A stretch of 39,070 nucleotides of DNA from a candidate division WOR-3 bacterium (lineage in GTDB: Bacteria; Hydrothermota; Tepidihabitantia; Tepidihabitantales; Tepidihabitantaceae). A program made the position numbers and the translations under genes. The stretch is from positions 33,562 to 72,631 of the forward strand of contig CBFGJX010000013.1 in NCBI GenBank assembly GCA_965649225.1, in the 5' to 3' direction. The notes under the pieces are model-generated. The model was not told the origin of the DNA. It did not search any database and saw only the letters and a list, made by a program, of their open reading frames with translations. Below are positions 28,147 through 39,070 of the stretch, one piece after another. Position 1 is the first letter of the stretch; the number at the start of each line of letters is the position of its first letter.

Positions 28147-28330
28147 AACTCCTGCTCTCCAGAACTGTTTTTCTGCAACAGCAATCAGGTCCCTGTTGGC
28201 CGTTTTCCTGAACCAACCCGGCCTCCATTCCCGCGGGCGGCTCTAACCGCCGGCAGACAACACCGCTCCGTTATGCGCTGTCGTCCGTCCTGCCTGCTTT
28301 CTCCTGCCGTACCACTCGAACCCGCCGACA

Positions 28331-28359
28331 AGTTTGGCATGACTGCCTCTGCCGGTCAA
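28331..28359 (-). promoter_or_regulatory. candidate promoter of fhs
   Basis: TTGACC-N17-CAAACT with an extended-10 TG; would give a ~180-nt leader. Confidence 0.35.
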
Positions 28360-28687
28360 GAACCGTTGCACAGCCCTCCACCCTGCCGCTGTCGCACCAC
28401 TGCCCCCGATAACACTTCCTGCCCCAATGCCGCCTTCCCAACGGTTCTGGGACGGCCTCAAAAAATGTCTATCGCCATTGTGGCGATTTGCACTTGCCTG
28501 CAACTATCTGCTATCTCTGCAGTTGCTCACACACTTCGTTTCTGACCCGCAAAACCCTGCCGGTCATTTGTCGCCGGCCGGTTTGACCACGACAGAGACA
28601 ACTGAACGAGAAACCTGCCCGTACGGTCATGGTCCGTGGCGACACTGTCGTTGACGACACGTCCAGCAACAACAACCCGCTGCCGTC

Positions 28688-28715
28688 TTGACTACCTGTC
28701 TCTCACGCCTAACCT
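28688..28715 (+). promoter_or_regulatory. sigma70-like promoter of the second T9SS-type protein gene
   Basis: TTGACT-N16-TAACCT followed by AGGAGG RBS. Confidence 0.62.
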
Positions 28716-28731
28716 TGCACAGGAGGAGTTC

Positions 28732-31284
28732 ATGCGCTGGCGCTTCATCGTCTTGTCGCTTCTCGTCGCCTCGGCCGCATTCGCGGCCCGGCCTTGGACC
28801 GAGGCCGAAATCCGCTCCGCCGATGCCCTCGGCCCGACCGGTGTCCCGCTGGCTGATGGCCCGGTACGCGGGCCGCGCCGCTACAACTACCTCGAGCGCA
28901 TCCACCTCACCTGTGAGTTTCTCCGCGCCTATCAGGTCAGCGACTCGCTCTCGCCGCACTACGGCGGCATCATCGAATCCGAGTACCAGCCCGACATCAT
29001 CGAGTCCGACAACACCCACGAAGCAATCTGGGTCTGGTCGCGCTGGTACGAGCTGACCGGGCTGGACACCTACCGCGAGAACATCCGCCGCGCCTGGATT
29101 TACCTCTATCGCAACCCGGCCTGGCGCGAGCACGGCGGCCAGCCTTCGAGCCTGTGGTATGCGGTGTGGAACGCGGGCCTGGGCTTCTTTGCCGAGACCG
29201 AATACCGCCGTGCCTGGGGTGATTCGACCCATCGGGTGTACGCCGACTCCTGCCGCAGCTTCTACCTTGCCAACCCGCTGGCGCTCTATGCCTCGGCCCT
29301 GGACTACTTTGTCACCGCCCAGTCGTCGGGCATGGCCTACGACTACGCAGTCCTGCACGGCGACGCCGTTTTGCGCGATTCAGCCCTTGCCCGGGGTCTG
29401 CGCGTCAAGCAGTGGGTCGAGGCCGACGCCCGCACCCGTCTTGCCATCGGCAACTGGGCGATGTGCGGCGGCACCGCGTTCTGGGGCATCGCCCACACCT
29501 TCTGCCGGGCCGACACCGCCGCCGGCCGTCAGTGGCTTCTGACCTACACCGACTCGCTGCCCGGATTCTACCCGACCGGCAACTGGAACTGCTCGCATAT
29601 CATCTGGCTGGCAAACGCCTACCGGTCATCGGCCGAGCTGGTCGGAACCCGGCGCTCATGGCTGGTTCACCAGTACCTCGTCGACACCCTGCTCGCGCTG
29701 GATACCGACCGCGACGGCGGGATTCCTGCAACCTGGACCGACCCGGACACGCGCGACCAGACCTGGGTTTCGACGTACCTGAACTTCATGGGTACCGACG
29801 TGTTCGTCACCCCGACGCACGCCGATGACATCAGCGTGCTTGAGTTCGCCCGTCCCGACCAGCACGGCTTCTTTGTGCAGGGCGACACCCTGCGTTTCGC
29901 CGTCCCCGCGGCCAATGTCGGACTGCGACCGCGCACCATCGACCTCTACTGGCAGTTGCCTGACATACAGGGCACGATGAGTGTGCCTGACTTTCCGTTC
30001 CTCGGCATCGACACCTTCGAACTGGGCGACTGGCATGCCCAGGGACCCGGCATCTACCACGCGACCGCATTCTGCGGCCCGGACAGCGACCCGGCCAACG
30101 ACACTGTCAGCATCGAGTTCAAAGTCTACGGCCGCTACACCCTGCACGGCCAGCTGGTCGATTCGGTAACCGGGTTCGGTTTTCCGGTCTGGGTCAAAGC
30201 GCATGTGGCCGGCTCCAGCGTTGTCTGGGACTCGGCTTTCACCGACCGGTCCGGCTGCTTCACGCTCTCGATACTCGACACGCTGATGACCATTTCCATT
30301 GCTCCAGCCCCGCCCTACTACAATCGCTCCTGGAGTTTTGCGTTCGTAGGGGATACCACGGTCAGTCTGGTAACCTCGCGCGCCCATCTACTGCTGGTCA
30401 ACAACGACCCGGCAGGCCGCCACGAGAGCTTCTACACCACTGCGCTGGAATCGCTTGGCCTGACCTGGTCTCTGTGGCGGCGCCGGGCCCAGGGCCTGCC
30501 GCCCTACGCCTGCCTTGCTGACCTGCGCCTGCCCACGGTCATGTGGTACTCGGGCGACTCCGGGCCAGGCGCACTGCCGTCTGAGGACCGCGCTGCGCTT
30601 TCCCAGGCTGCTGCCCGGGGGGTGAACCTTTTGCTCACGGGTCAGGACATCGCCCAGCAGCTTGCCGGCACTGCGTTCCTCGAAGACACCTGTGGCTGCC
30701 GGTTCGAATCCTCAGGCTGGGCCGGCTTCTTTGCCTTCGGCAACCGGGCCGACTCGCTCGGCGCGCCAATCACCGGGCTCGCTACCTCGGGCGGCAACGG
30801 TGCCGCCAACCAGACCTCACGCGACGTGCTTTCCCCGGTCAACGGCGGTCTGGGCTTCATCGTCTATGATTCGGTCGCGCCAGTGTATGCCGCAACCCGC
30901 AAGACCCTCGGTTCGGGCGCGCGCGTCGTGCTGATGGGCTTCGGGTTCGAGGCGGTCAACCGGCCCCAGGCCCGGCCCGGCTACTGGAGCCGGACCCAGC
31001 TGCTCGGACACATGCTCAACTGGTTCGGTTTCCCGGTCGGCATCGAAGAACCGAACACGCCCTGCCCCGCAACCCCTGTTCCCCATGGGACTGTCGTTCG
31101 CTCTTTCCTGTTTCTCCCATCTGTGTCCTGCGCTGCCGATGCTGACCTGGCAGTCCTCGACATCTCTGGCCGCCGTGTCGCCTCACTCTCTCCCGGCCCC
31201 AACGACCTCTCACGCCTGCCAGCCGGGGTTTACTTTATCTCCGGACAGAAAACGCAGCCAACCCGCATCGTCAAAGTCCGCTAG
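28732..31284 (+). CDS. secreted multidomain protein: helical (alpha/alpha-barrel-like) N-domain, Ig-like domains and short T9SS-type C-terminal sorting domain
   Basis: AGGAGG + ATG and signal peptide ending AFA; VGIEE linker then LDISGRRV...PAGVYFI...RIVKVR. Confidence 0.78.
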   Translation: MRWRFIVLSLLVASAAFAARPWTEAEIRSADALGPTGVPLADGPVRGPRRYNYLERIHLTCEFLRAYQVSDSLSPHYGGIIESEYQPDIIESDNTHEAIWVWSRWYELTGLDTYRENIRRAWIYLYRNPAWREHGGQPSSLWYAVWNAGLGFFAETEYRRAWGDSTHRVYADSCRSFYLANPLALYASALDYFVTAQSSGMAYDYAVLHGDAVLRDSALARGLRVKQWVEADARTRLAIGNWAMCGGTAFWGIAHTFCRADTAAGRQWLLTYTDSLPGFYPTGNWNCSHIIWLANAYRSSAELVGTRRSWLVHQYLVDTLLALDTDRDGGIPATWTDPDTRDQTWVSTYLNFMGTDVFVTPTHADDISVLEFARPDQHGFFVQGDTLRFAVPAANVGLRPRTIDLYWQLPDIQGTMSVPDFPFLGIDTFELGDWHAQGPGIYHATAFCGPDSDPANDTVSIEFKVYGRYTLHGQLVDSVTGFGFPVWVKAHVAGSSVVWDSAFTDRSGCFTLSILDTLMTISIAPAPPYYNRSWSFAFVGDTTVSLVTSRAHLLLVNNDPAGRHESFYTTALESLGLTWSLWRRRAQGLPPYACLADLRLPTVMWYSGDSGPGALPSEDRAALSQAAARGVNLLLTGQDIAQQLAGTAFLEDTCGCRFESSGWAGFFAFGNRADSLGAPITGLATSGGNGAANQTSRDVLSPVNGGLGFIVYDSVAPVYAATRKTLGSGARVVLMGFGFEAVNRPQARPGYWSRTQLLGHMLNWFGFPVGIEEPNTPCPATPVPHGTVVRSFLFLPSVSCAADADLAVLDISGRRVASLSPGPNDLSRLPAGVYFISGQKTQPTRIVKVR

Positions 31285-31344
31285 CGCTCACACTGCCACT
31301 TGCCCGGCTGAGTCGGTAACGGCTCTTTGCTCGTCTAATAAAGT

Positions 31345-33414
31345 GTGAACCGCCTGGCTGACCAAACCAGTCCCTACCTGCGCCAGCACGCCAAAAACCC
31401 GGTAGACTGGCAGCCCTGGGATGAGGCCGCGCTGGCTCAGGCCCGCGCCGAGGACAAGCCAATATTTCTTTCTATCGGCTACTCGGCCTGCCACTGGTGT
31501 CACGTCATGGCGCGTGAGTCGTTTTCCGACCCGAACCTGGCCGAGTTCCTCAACGCCAACTTCGTCGCCATCAAAGTTGACCGCGAAGAACGTCCCGACC
31601 TCGATGAGGTCTACATCGAAGCAGTCCGTTTGCTGACCGGCACCGCCGGCTGGCCATTGTCGGTTTTTCTCACTCCGGAGCTAAAACCTTTCTACGGCGG
31701 AACCTACTTTCCCCCCGAAGCCAGACACGGGCTGCCGGGCTTCCGTCGGGTACTGGAGTCGGTCCTGCATTTCTACCGCCACGAACGGCACGAGATTGAA
31801 GAAGCCGCCAATCGGGTAACCGCCGAACTCAACCGTTACCCTGCTCCGGCGGACGCCCGGTCCGAACTGAACGATAAAGTGCTGCACCGGTTTTACCAGC
31901 ACAAACTGCTGACATTCGACCCGGTCCACGGCGGTTTCGGTTCTGCACCAAAGTTTCCCTGTCCGAGCGAACTGCAGCTGCTCCTTCGGCTGGCCGACCG
32001 GCCCGGCTTCGACCAGGCGCTGACGATGGCCGAGCTGACTCTACGCCGTATGGCCAACGGCGGCATCAACGACCAGCTTGGTGGTGGGTTTCACCGCTAC
32101 TCGACTGACTCGGTCTGGCTCGTGCCCCACTTCGAGAAGATGCTCTACGACAACGCTCTGCTGGCAGGCTTGTATGCCGAAGCGGCAGTCAGGCTGAATG
32201 ACCGCCAATTCCGCCAGACCGCCGAGCGGACACTCGACTGGCTGGAACACGAGCTGCGCCTGGACTCCGGCGGTTTTGCTGCTGCGCTTTCGGCCGAAGA
32301 CCCGCTTGGTGAAGGCAGTTACTACACTTGGACCCCGGCCAGTCTATCCGCTGCCGTCGGCCCTGAGCTTTCCCGGCTGGCGGGCGAGTTCTACGGCGTC
32401 AGTCCGGCTGGCAACTACCACGGCAGCAGCGTGCTGCACGTTGCCGAACCGCCGTCGGCGCTGGCAGCGCGGCTCGGCCTCAGCCTCGAAGACTTCCGGC
32501 TGCAGCTTGAGCACGCCCGGGCACTGATGACGGCGGCACGTTCCCGCCGGCCGGCACCACCGCGCGACGACAAGGTGCTGGCCGATTGGAACGGGCTGGC
32601 ACTTTCGGCCTTTGCCACCGCCGCCCGGCTGTTTGCTGACCGGCACCGGCTTGATGTTGCCCGTCGCCTCGCCGGTTTCATCAACGCCGAACTCATCACC
32701 GACCGCGGATTGATTCATATCCACCGCCCCGGACTCGGTGATATACCGGGTCAGCTGCCCGACTACGCCCACGTCATCAACGGCCTGCTTGACCTTCACG
32801 CCGCCGACCCTGACCCGATGCACCTGAAGACGGCAACCCGGCTCGCTGACCTGATGATCGAGCTTTTCGCTGACCCGGACGGCGGGTTCTTCACCACCGC
32901 CCGCGGCACCGAACGGCTGCCGGTAAGGGTCAAGAACGCCAGTGACGGAGCAATGCCGTCGGGCAACTCGGCGGCAGTCAGCGGCCTGATTCGCCTGAGC
33001 CGACTCTGCGACCGTTCCGATTACCGGACGGCTGCCGTCGCAGCGCTGAGAAGCTTTCGCAGTCAATTTGAAGAGCTTCCCACCGGTTTCGCGACAATGC
33101 TTGACGGACTGGACCGGCTGCTCCATCCCGGAGCGGAAATCGTCCTGTTCCTGCCCGATGATTCAGCGGAAACCCGCCGGCTGCGCGAACTGGCCGCGGT
33201 CCGATCGCTCACCGACACCGTTGTCGTACTCAACTCGGCCCAGCCCGATCCCGAAAGCGAACGGCTGATGCCGCTTCTACGCGGCCGCCGGACGATCGAC
33301 GGCCAGCCGACAGCTTTTGTCTGTCACAACAACGTCTGTCTGGCACCGGTTCACTCGGCAACGGCACTGCTGTCACTGCTGAGTGGCCTGCCGCAGCGCG
33401 TTGACATTGTTTAA
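31345..33414 (+). CDS. thioredoxin-domain + six-hairpin glycosidase-like protein (YyaL/DUF255/SPATA20 family)
   Basis: [49 protein letters not shown] and PSGNS. Confidence 0.92.
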   Translation: MNRLADQTSPYLRQHAKNPVDWQPWDEAALAQARAEDKPIFLSIGYSACHWCHVMARESFSDPNLAEFLNANFVAIKVDREERPDLDEVYIEAVRLLTGTAGWPLSVFLTPELKPFYGGTYFPPEARHGLPGFRRVLESVLHFYRHERHEIEEAANRVTAELNRYPAPADARSELNDKVLHRFYQHKLLTFDPVHGGFGSAPKFPCPSELQLLLRLADRPGFDQALTMAELTLRRMANGGINDQLGGGFHRYSTDSVWLVPHFEKMLYDNALLAGLYAEAAVRLNDRQFRQTAERTLDWLEHELRLDSGGFAAALSAEDPLGEGSYYTWTPASLSAAVGPELSRLAGEFYGVSPAGNYHGSSVLHVAEPPSALAARLGLSLEDFRLQLEHARALMTAARSRRPAPPRDDKVLADWNGLALSAFATAARLFADRHRLDVARRLAGFINAELITDRGLIHIHRPGLGDIPGQLPDYAHVINGLLDLHAADPDPMHLKTATRLADLMIELFADPDGGFFTTARGTERLPVRVKNASDGAMPSGNSAAVSGLIRLSRLCDRSDYRTAAVAALRSFRSQFEELPTGFATMLDGLDRLLHPGAEIVLFLPDDSAETRRLRELAAVRSLTDTVVVLNSAQPDPESERLMPLLRGRRTIDGQPTAFVCHNNVCLAPVHSATALLSLLSGLPQRVDIV

Positions 33415-33428
33415 CACTGAAATAGACT
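33401..33428 (+). promoter_or_regulatory. sigma70-like promoter of clpC-bamA
   Basis: TTGACA-N16-TAGACT overlapping the yyaL stop. Confidence 0.65.
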
Positions 33429-33438
33429 TAGAGGAGCA

Positions 33439-35873
<2,435 letters not shown>

Positions 35874-35877
<4 letters not shown>

Positions 35878-38261
35878 ACATCCTGCTGCTGGCGCTGCTG
35901 CTCGGCCAGTTGGCGCCCGATACCGCGCGACTGGTCGTAATCGGTGTCCGCGCCCGCACCCCCAGTGCCGACACGGCGCTGCTGATTCGCACCAGCGGAA
36001 TCACTTCCGGTACCAGTTACACGCCAACGGCGCTGCGCACGGCAATCGACGACGCCATCCGCCGGCTTTACGGTCTCGGGTTGTTTGAACAGATTGCCGC
36101 CGATACCCAGCGGCTTGCCGACGGTGTCATCATCACTTTCAGCGCCCGTGAATTTCCCCGCCTGCGCAAGGTTGACTTTGAAGGGTTCCGCCGCGTCCGA
36201 CGCAAGGACATCGAGGCCAAAGTCAAATACAAGGACGGTGAGATACTCACCGACCGCAAGGTTTTCGACTGGCAGCGGGAGGTTCGCCAGCTCTACAAGG
36301 AAAAGGGGTTTCTGCTCGTTACTGTCGTGCCCGAGACTTCCCCCCCTGACTCGACCGGCCGGGTCGTCCTCACCTACAAAATTGATGAGGGTGACCCGGT
36401 CCGCATCCGCTCGATCGAAATCTACGGCAACGACAACTTCCCGGACCGGCAGATCACCCGTCGGCTCAAGAACAAACCCCGCAGCCTGCTGCGCAAGGGC
36501 CGCCTGCAGGAAGAAGAGTTTATCAAGGACCTTGACCGCATCACCGACTTCTACAAAACCCGCGGCTTCATCGACGCCCGGGTGCTGGACTACGACATGC
36601 GCATCGATGGCGGCTCGGTCGATATCATCATCCAGCTTCAGGAAGGCACCCGCTATCGTTTTGGCACTGTCGAGTTTGCCGGCGACTCAGTTATTCCCCG
36701 CAGCCGCCTGAAAGGTCTGGTCCGCTACCACTCCGGTGATTACTACAACACCCGGCTGGCCCAGGCCACACTGAACGAAATTCAGGCGCTCTACGCCGAA
36801 GAGGGTTACATCTACGCTCAGGTGGCACCGGTCGAAAAAATCCGCGGTGACACCGTTGATATCAGCTACCAGATCGTCGAAGGGACCCCAGCCCTGGTAA
36901 GGCTGGTGCAGATTGAAGGCAACGAGCAGACCCACGACAAGGTTATCAGGCGCGAAATCAGTTCGCTGCCCGGTTACACCTTCCGGCGCTCTGAAATCAT
37001 CCGGTCTCAGCGCGACATCTTCAACCTCGGTTTCTTCGAAGACGTTACCATCGACTACAACCGGGCCGACACTCTCGGCGCCATCGACCTGATTTACCGG
37101 GTCAAGGAAAAAGGCTTCTTCGGCACGGTCGGCGCCGGGGTATCCTACTCCGCAACCGACAAACTCACCGGTTACGTTGAGCTGCAACAGCCGAATCTGT
37201 TCGGCCGCGGCCAGCGCGTGACCGTCAAACTGGAACGGGGCGGCAAAAAAACCAACGTTGAACTGGGCTTCACCGAACCTTGGCTGTTCGACACGCCGAC
37301 TTCCGGCGGTGTCGATGTCTCCTACCTGACCCGAGTCTACGATTATTACGACAAGCAGGAAATCGGCGGCGGCCTGTCCTTTTCCCGCCCGCTGCCGCTG
37401 GACTATACCCGCGGTTACCTCAGTCTCCGGCTCTCCGATGCCTTCGTCTCCCCCGGTTCGGTGAAATCGGGCTACACCCCGAGCGGACCATTCAACGTCT
37501 ATCGTGATACGGTCCACAAGACCGCGTTTTCGCCGAGTGTGACGCTGACCCGTGACTCACGCGACTACGTCTTCAACCCCATCTCCGGTTCAGCGCTGAC
37601 CTACACGCTTGGGCTCTCCTTCGGCGATATCCGCTACCACCGTCACATCATCGATGCCAGCCAGTACTTTCCGCTCTTCTGGAAATTCGGACTGATGACC
37701 CGCACCCGGCTCGGTTACATCACCGGCTTCCACGCCGCCGACACGGTTCCGGTTTACGAACGATTCACCCCGGGCGGTACCGGGCCGGACGGCATCAGAG
37801 GTTACGGCGAACGCAGCGTCGGCCCGCGTGATGGCGGCTATTTCGTCGGTGGCCGGGCACTCTCGATCTTCTCGCTGGAATACAAACTGCGCCTGTCCCG
37901 GCAACTGGCCGTCATTGCCTTTGCCGATGCCGGCAACACCTGGAATTCGATTGACCAGTTCAGCCTTTCCGACCTCAAACGCGGTGCCGGTGTCGGTGTC
38001 CGGCTGGAAATCCCGATGCTTGGCCTGATTGGCTTTGACTTTGGCTACGGCTTCGACCGGGAAGGCGGCGGCACGGTCACATGGACGTGGTCCGGGGCGA
38101 TACAGCCCCACAACATCGCCGGTGATGGCTTCGGCGACCTGGCCTTCAAGAGTTCGAACACCTACTCATTCACATTCGACGCGCCCGGCGACTACGAGTT
38201 CGTCTGCCAGTCGCACCTCATCGGCCGCACGCCGATGGTGGGCACGGTGCAGGTGCGGTAG
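35874..38261 (+). CDS. bamA: outer membrane protein assembly factor BamA whose final ~63 aa are replaced in frame by a cupredoxin fragment
   Basis: POTRA repeats ([15 protein letters not shown]), NLFGRGQ, FTEPW, IRGY loop 6 and GFDFGYGFD; lacks the terminal beta16 and aromatic C-terminus. Confidence 0.85.
38070..38261 (+). other. plastocyanin/azurin-like cupredoxin C-terminal fragment
   Basis: [28 protein letters not shown]...M: all four type-1 copper ligands (His, Cys, His, Met). Confidence 0.8.
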
Positions 38262-38311
38262 CCCTGAGGACGGGCATCGCGCTGTCCCATGCATTTTTCT
38301 GCCGCGACATA

Positions 38312-38340
38312 TTGACATCGCTGCCCGTCGTTCTCACGAT
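38312..38340 (+). promoter_or_regulatory. candidate promoter of the pan operon
   Basis: TTGACA-N17-CACGAT. Confidence 0.45.
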
Positions 38341-38399
38341 CTGCTGTGCCGCCTACCCGCCATGGAGGCGAGCTTACAGACGCTCCTGCTCCCGATATG

Positions 38400-38500
38400 T
38401 CCGCCTGGACCTCGCGAGGCCGGTACGGATGGAGACCGCGGTAGTTTGCTACCGCAACGCGCTCACCGACCACGCCCCGCCTCCCGGTGGGGCGTTTCGT
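38400..38500 (+). ncRNA. structured pan-operon leader (pan RNA motif-like hairpin plus attenuator-like terminator)
   Basis: Bulged-A hairpin 38400-38429, hairpin 38438-38455, and GC stem 38472-38495 + TTCGT upstream of panD. Confidence 0.45.
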
Positions 38501-38526
38501 GTGCAGGGCCGGAGAGGGGACCGGCA

Positions 38527-38925
38527 GTGCGCATCATGATGTCCGGCAAGATCCACCGGGCGACCGTCACCGAAGCAAATCTCGACTACATTGGCTCTAT
38601 CACCCTGGACCCCGACCTCATGGAAGCGGCGGGTATCCTTCCGTACGAGCAGGTGCACGTGCTCGACGTCACCAACGGTGCCCGTCTCGAGACGTACGCC
38701 ATTATCGGTGAACGCGGCTCGGGAGAAGTCTGCGTCAACGGCGCTGCCGCCCACCTCGTCCATGCTGGCGACATCGTCATCATCGTCGCGTACCAGCACA
38801 TGGCCGAGGACGAGGCACGCAACCTTGCCCCACGTACCGTCTTCGTCGATGAACGAAACCGCATCACCAGCCTCTCCTATGGCGATGGCTTCGCACACAA
38901 CCGCGAAACCGTCGCCGTGGCCTGA
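38527..38925 (+). CDS. panD: aspartate 1-decarboxylase
   Basis: [14 protein letters not shown] self-cleavage site, NGARLETY and NGAAAH; GTG start after GAGAGGGGA. Confidence 0.95.
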   Translation: MRIMMSGKIHRATVTEANLDYIGSITLDPDLMEAAGILPYEQVHVLDVTNGARLETYAIIGERGSGEVCVNGAAAHLVHAGDIVIIVAYQHMAEDEARNLAPRTVFVDERNRITSLSYGDGFAHNRETVAVA

Positions 38926-38939
38926 CCTGGAGGTGCGCC

Positions 38940-39070
38940 ATGGCTCGCTACTCGATCCACAGACTGCGCGAGTTCAAGGCGCGTGGCGAACGCTTCGCCA
39001 TGATCACCGCCTACGATTACCCGTCTGCCCGCCTCGTTGAGCAGGCAGGCATCCCCATCATCCTCGTCGG
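38940..39070 (+). CDS. panB: 3-methyl-2-oxobutanoate hydroxymethyltransferase (5' part, runs off the window)
   Basis: Not in the ORF track; manual translation gives [52 protein letters not shown]. Confidence 0.9.
   Translation, partial: MARYSIHRLREFKARGERFAMITAYDYPSARLVEQAGIPIILV

Noticed and set aside
28147..28330. ZTP, THF or glycine riboswitch upstream of fhs
   Set aside because: Core consensus elements (GACUGGCG...GCCUGGGC; GCGUUAAGUG; CUCUCAGG/CCGAAG) are not present; only isolated fragments such as CTGGAGAG
28243..28654. Small ORFs in the fhs / secreted-protein intergenic region
   Set aside because: No RBS, atypical composition, mutually overlapping; the region is better explained as regulatory
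38029..38526. 166-aa N-terminal extension of PanD in the ORF track
   Set aside because: It overlaps the bamA/cupredoxin frame and the promoter/leader; PanD homology and the RBS start at GTG 38527

Overview
GC-rich, gene-dense bacterial chromosome segment with about 31 CDS. No rRNA, tRNA, CRISPR array or mobile element was seen. BamA, T9SS-like C-terminal sorting domains, GWxTD proteins, DUF2723 and an archaeal-type ProRS suggest an FCB-related diderm, probably candidate division WOR-3 (inference). Layout: a tightly coupled minus-strand operon folP-cdaA-DUF2723/TMEM260-hypA-hyp-beta-CA-SDR-CPBP-SDR (8778->39); rocD; a secreted T9SS-type protein divergent from proS-prfA-prmC-nadK-recN-pgsA; a minus-strand run fhs-lipoprotein-DUF2156-GWxTD-GWxTD-ricT-thiC-class V aminotransferase; then a second T9SS-type protein, yyaL, clpC, bamA, panD and partial panB. 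Best leads: (1) exported proteins are strongly enriched in D-(S/T)-hydrophobic O-glycosylation-like sequons, and the window encodes a TMEM260/DUF2723 GT-C enzyme, together a candidate general protein O-glycosylation system; (2) seven promoters share TTGAC(A/T)-N16-(-10 box), several placed for (near-)leaderless mRNAs; (3) BamA loses its last beta-strand and runs in frame into a cupredoxin fragment at ~38070, most likely a chimeric junction; (4) a Helicobacter-type extended FolP; (5) structured leaders before fhs and panD. All calls come from motif recognition by eye, with no database search.
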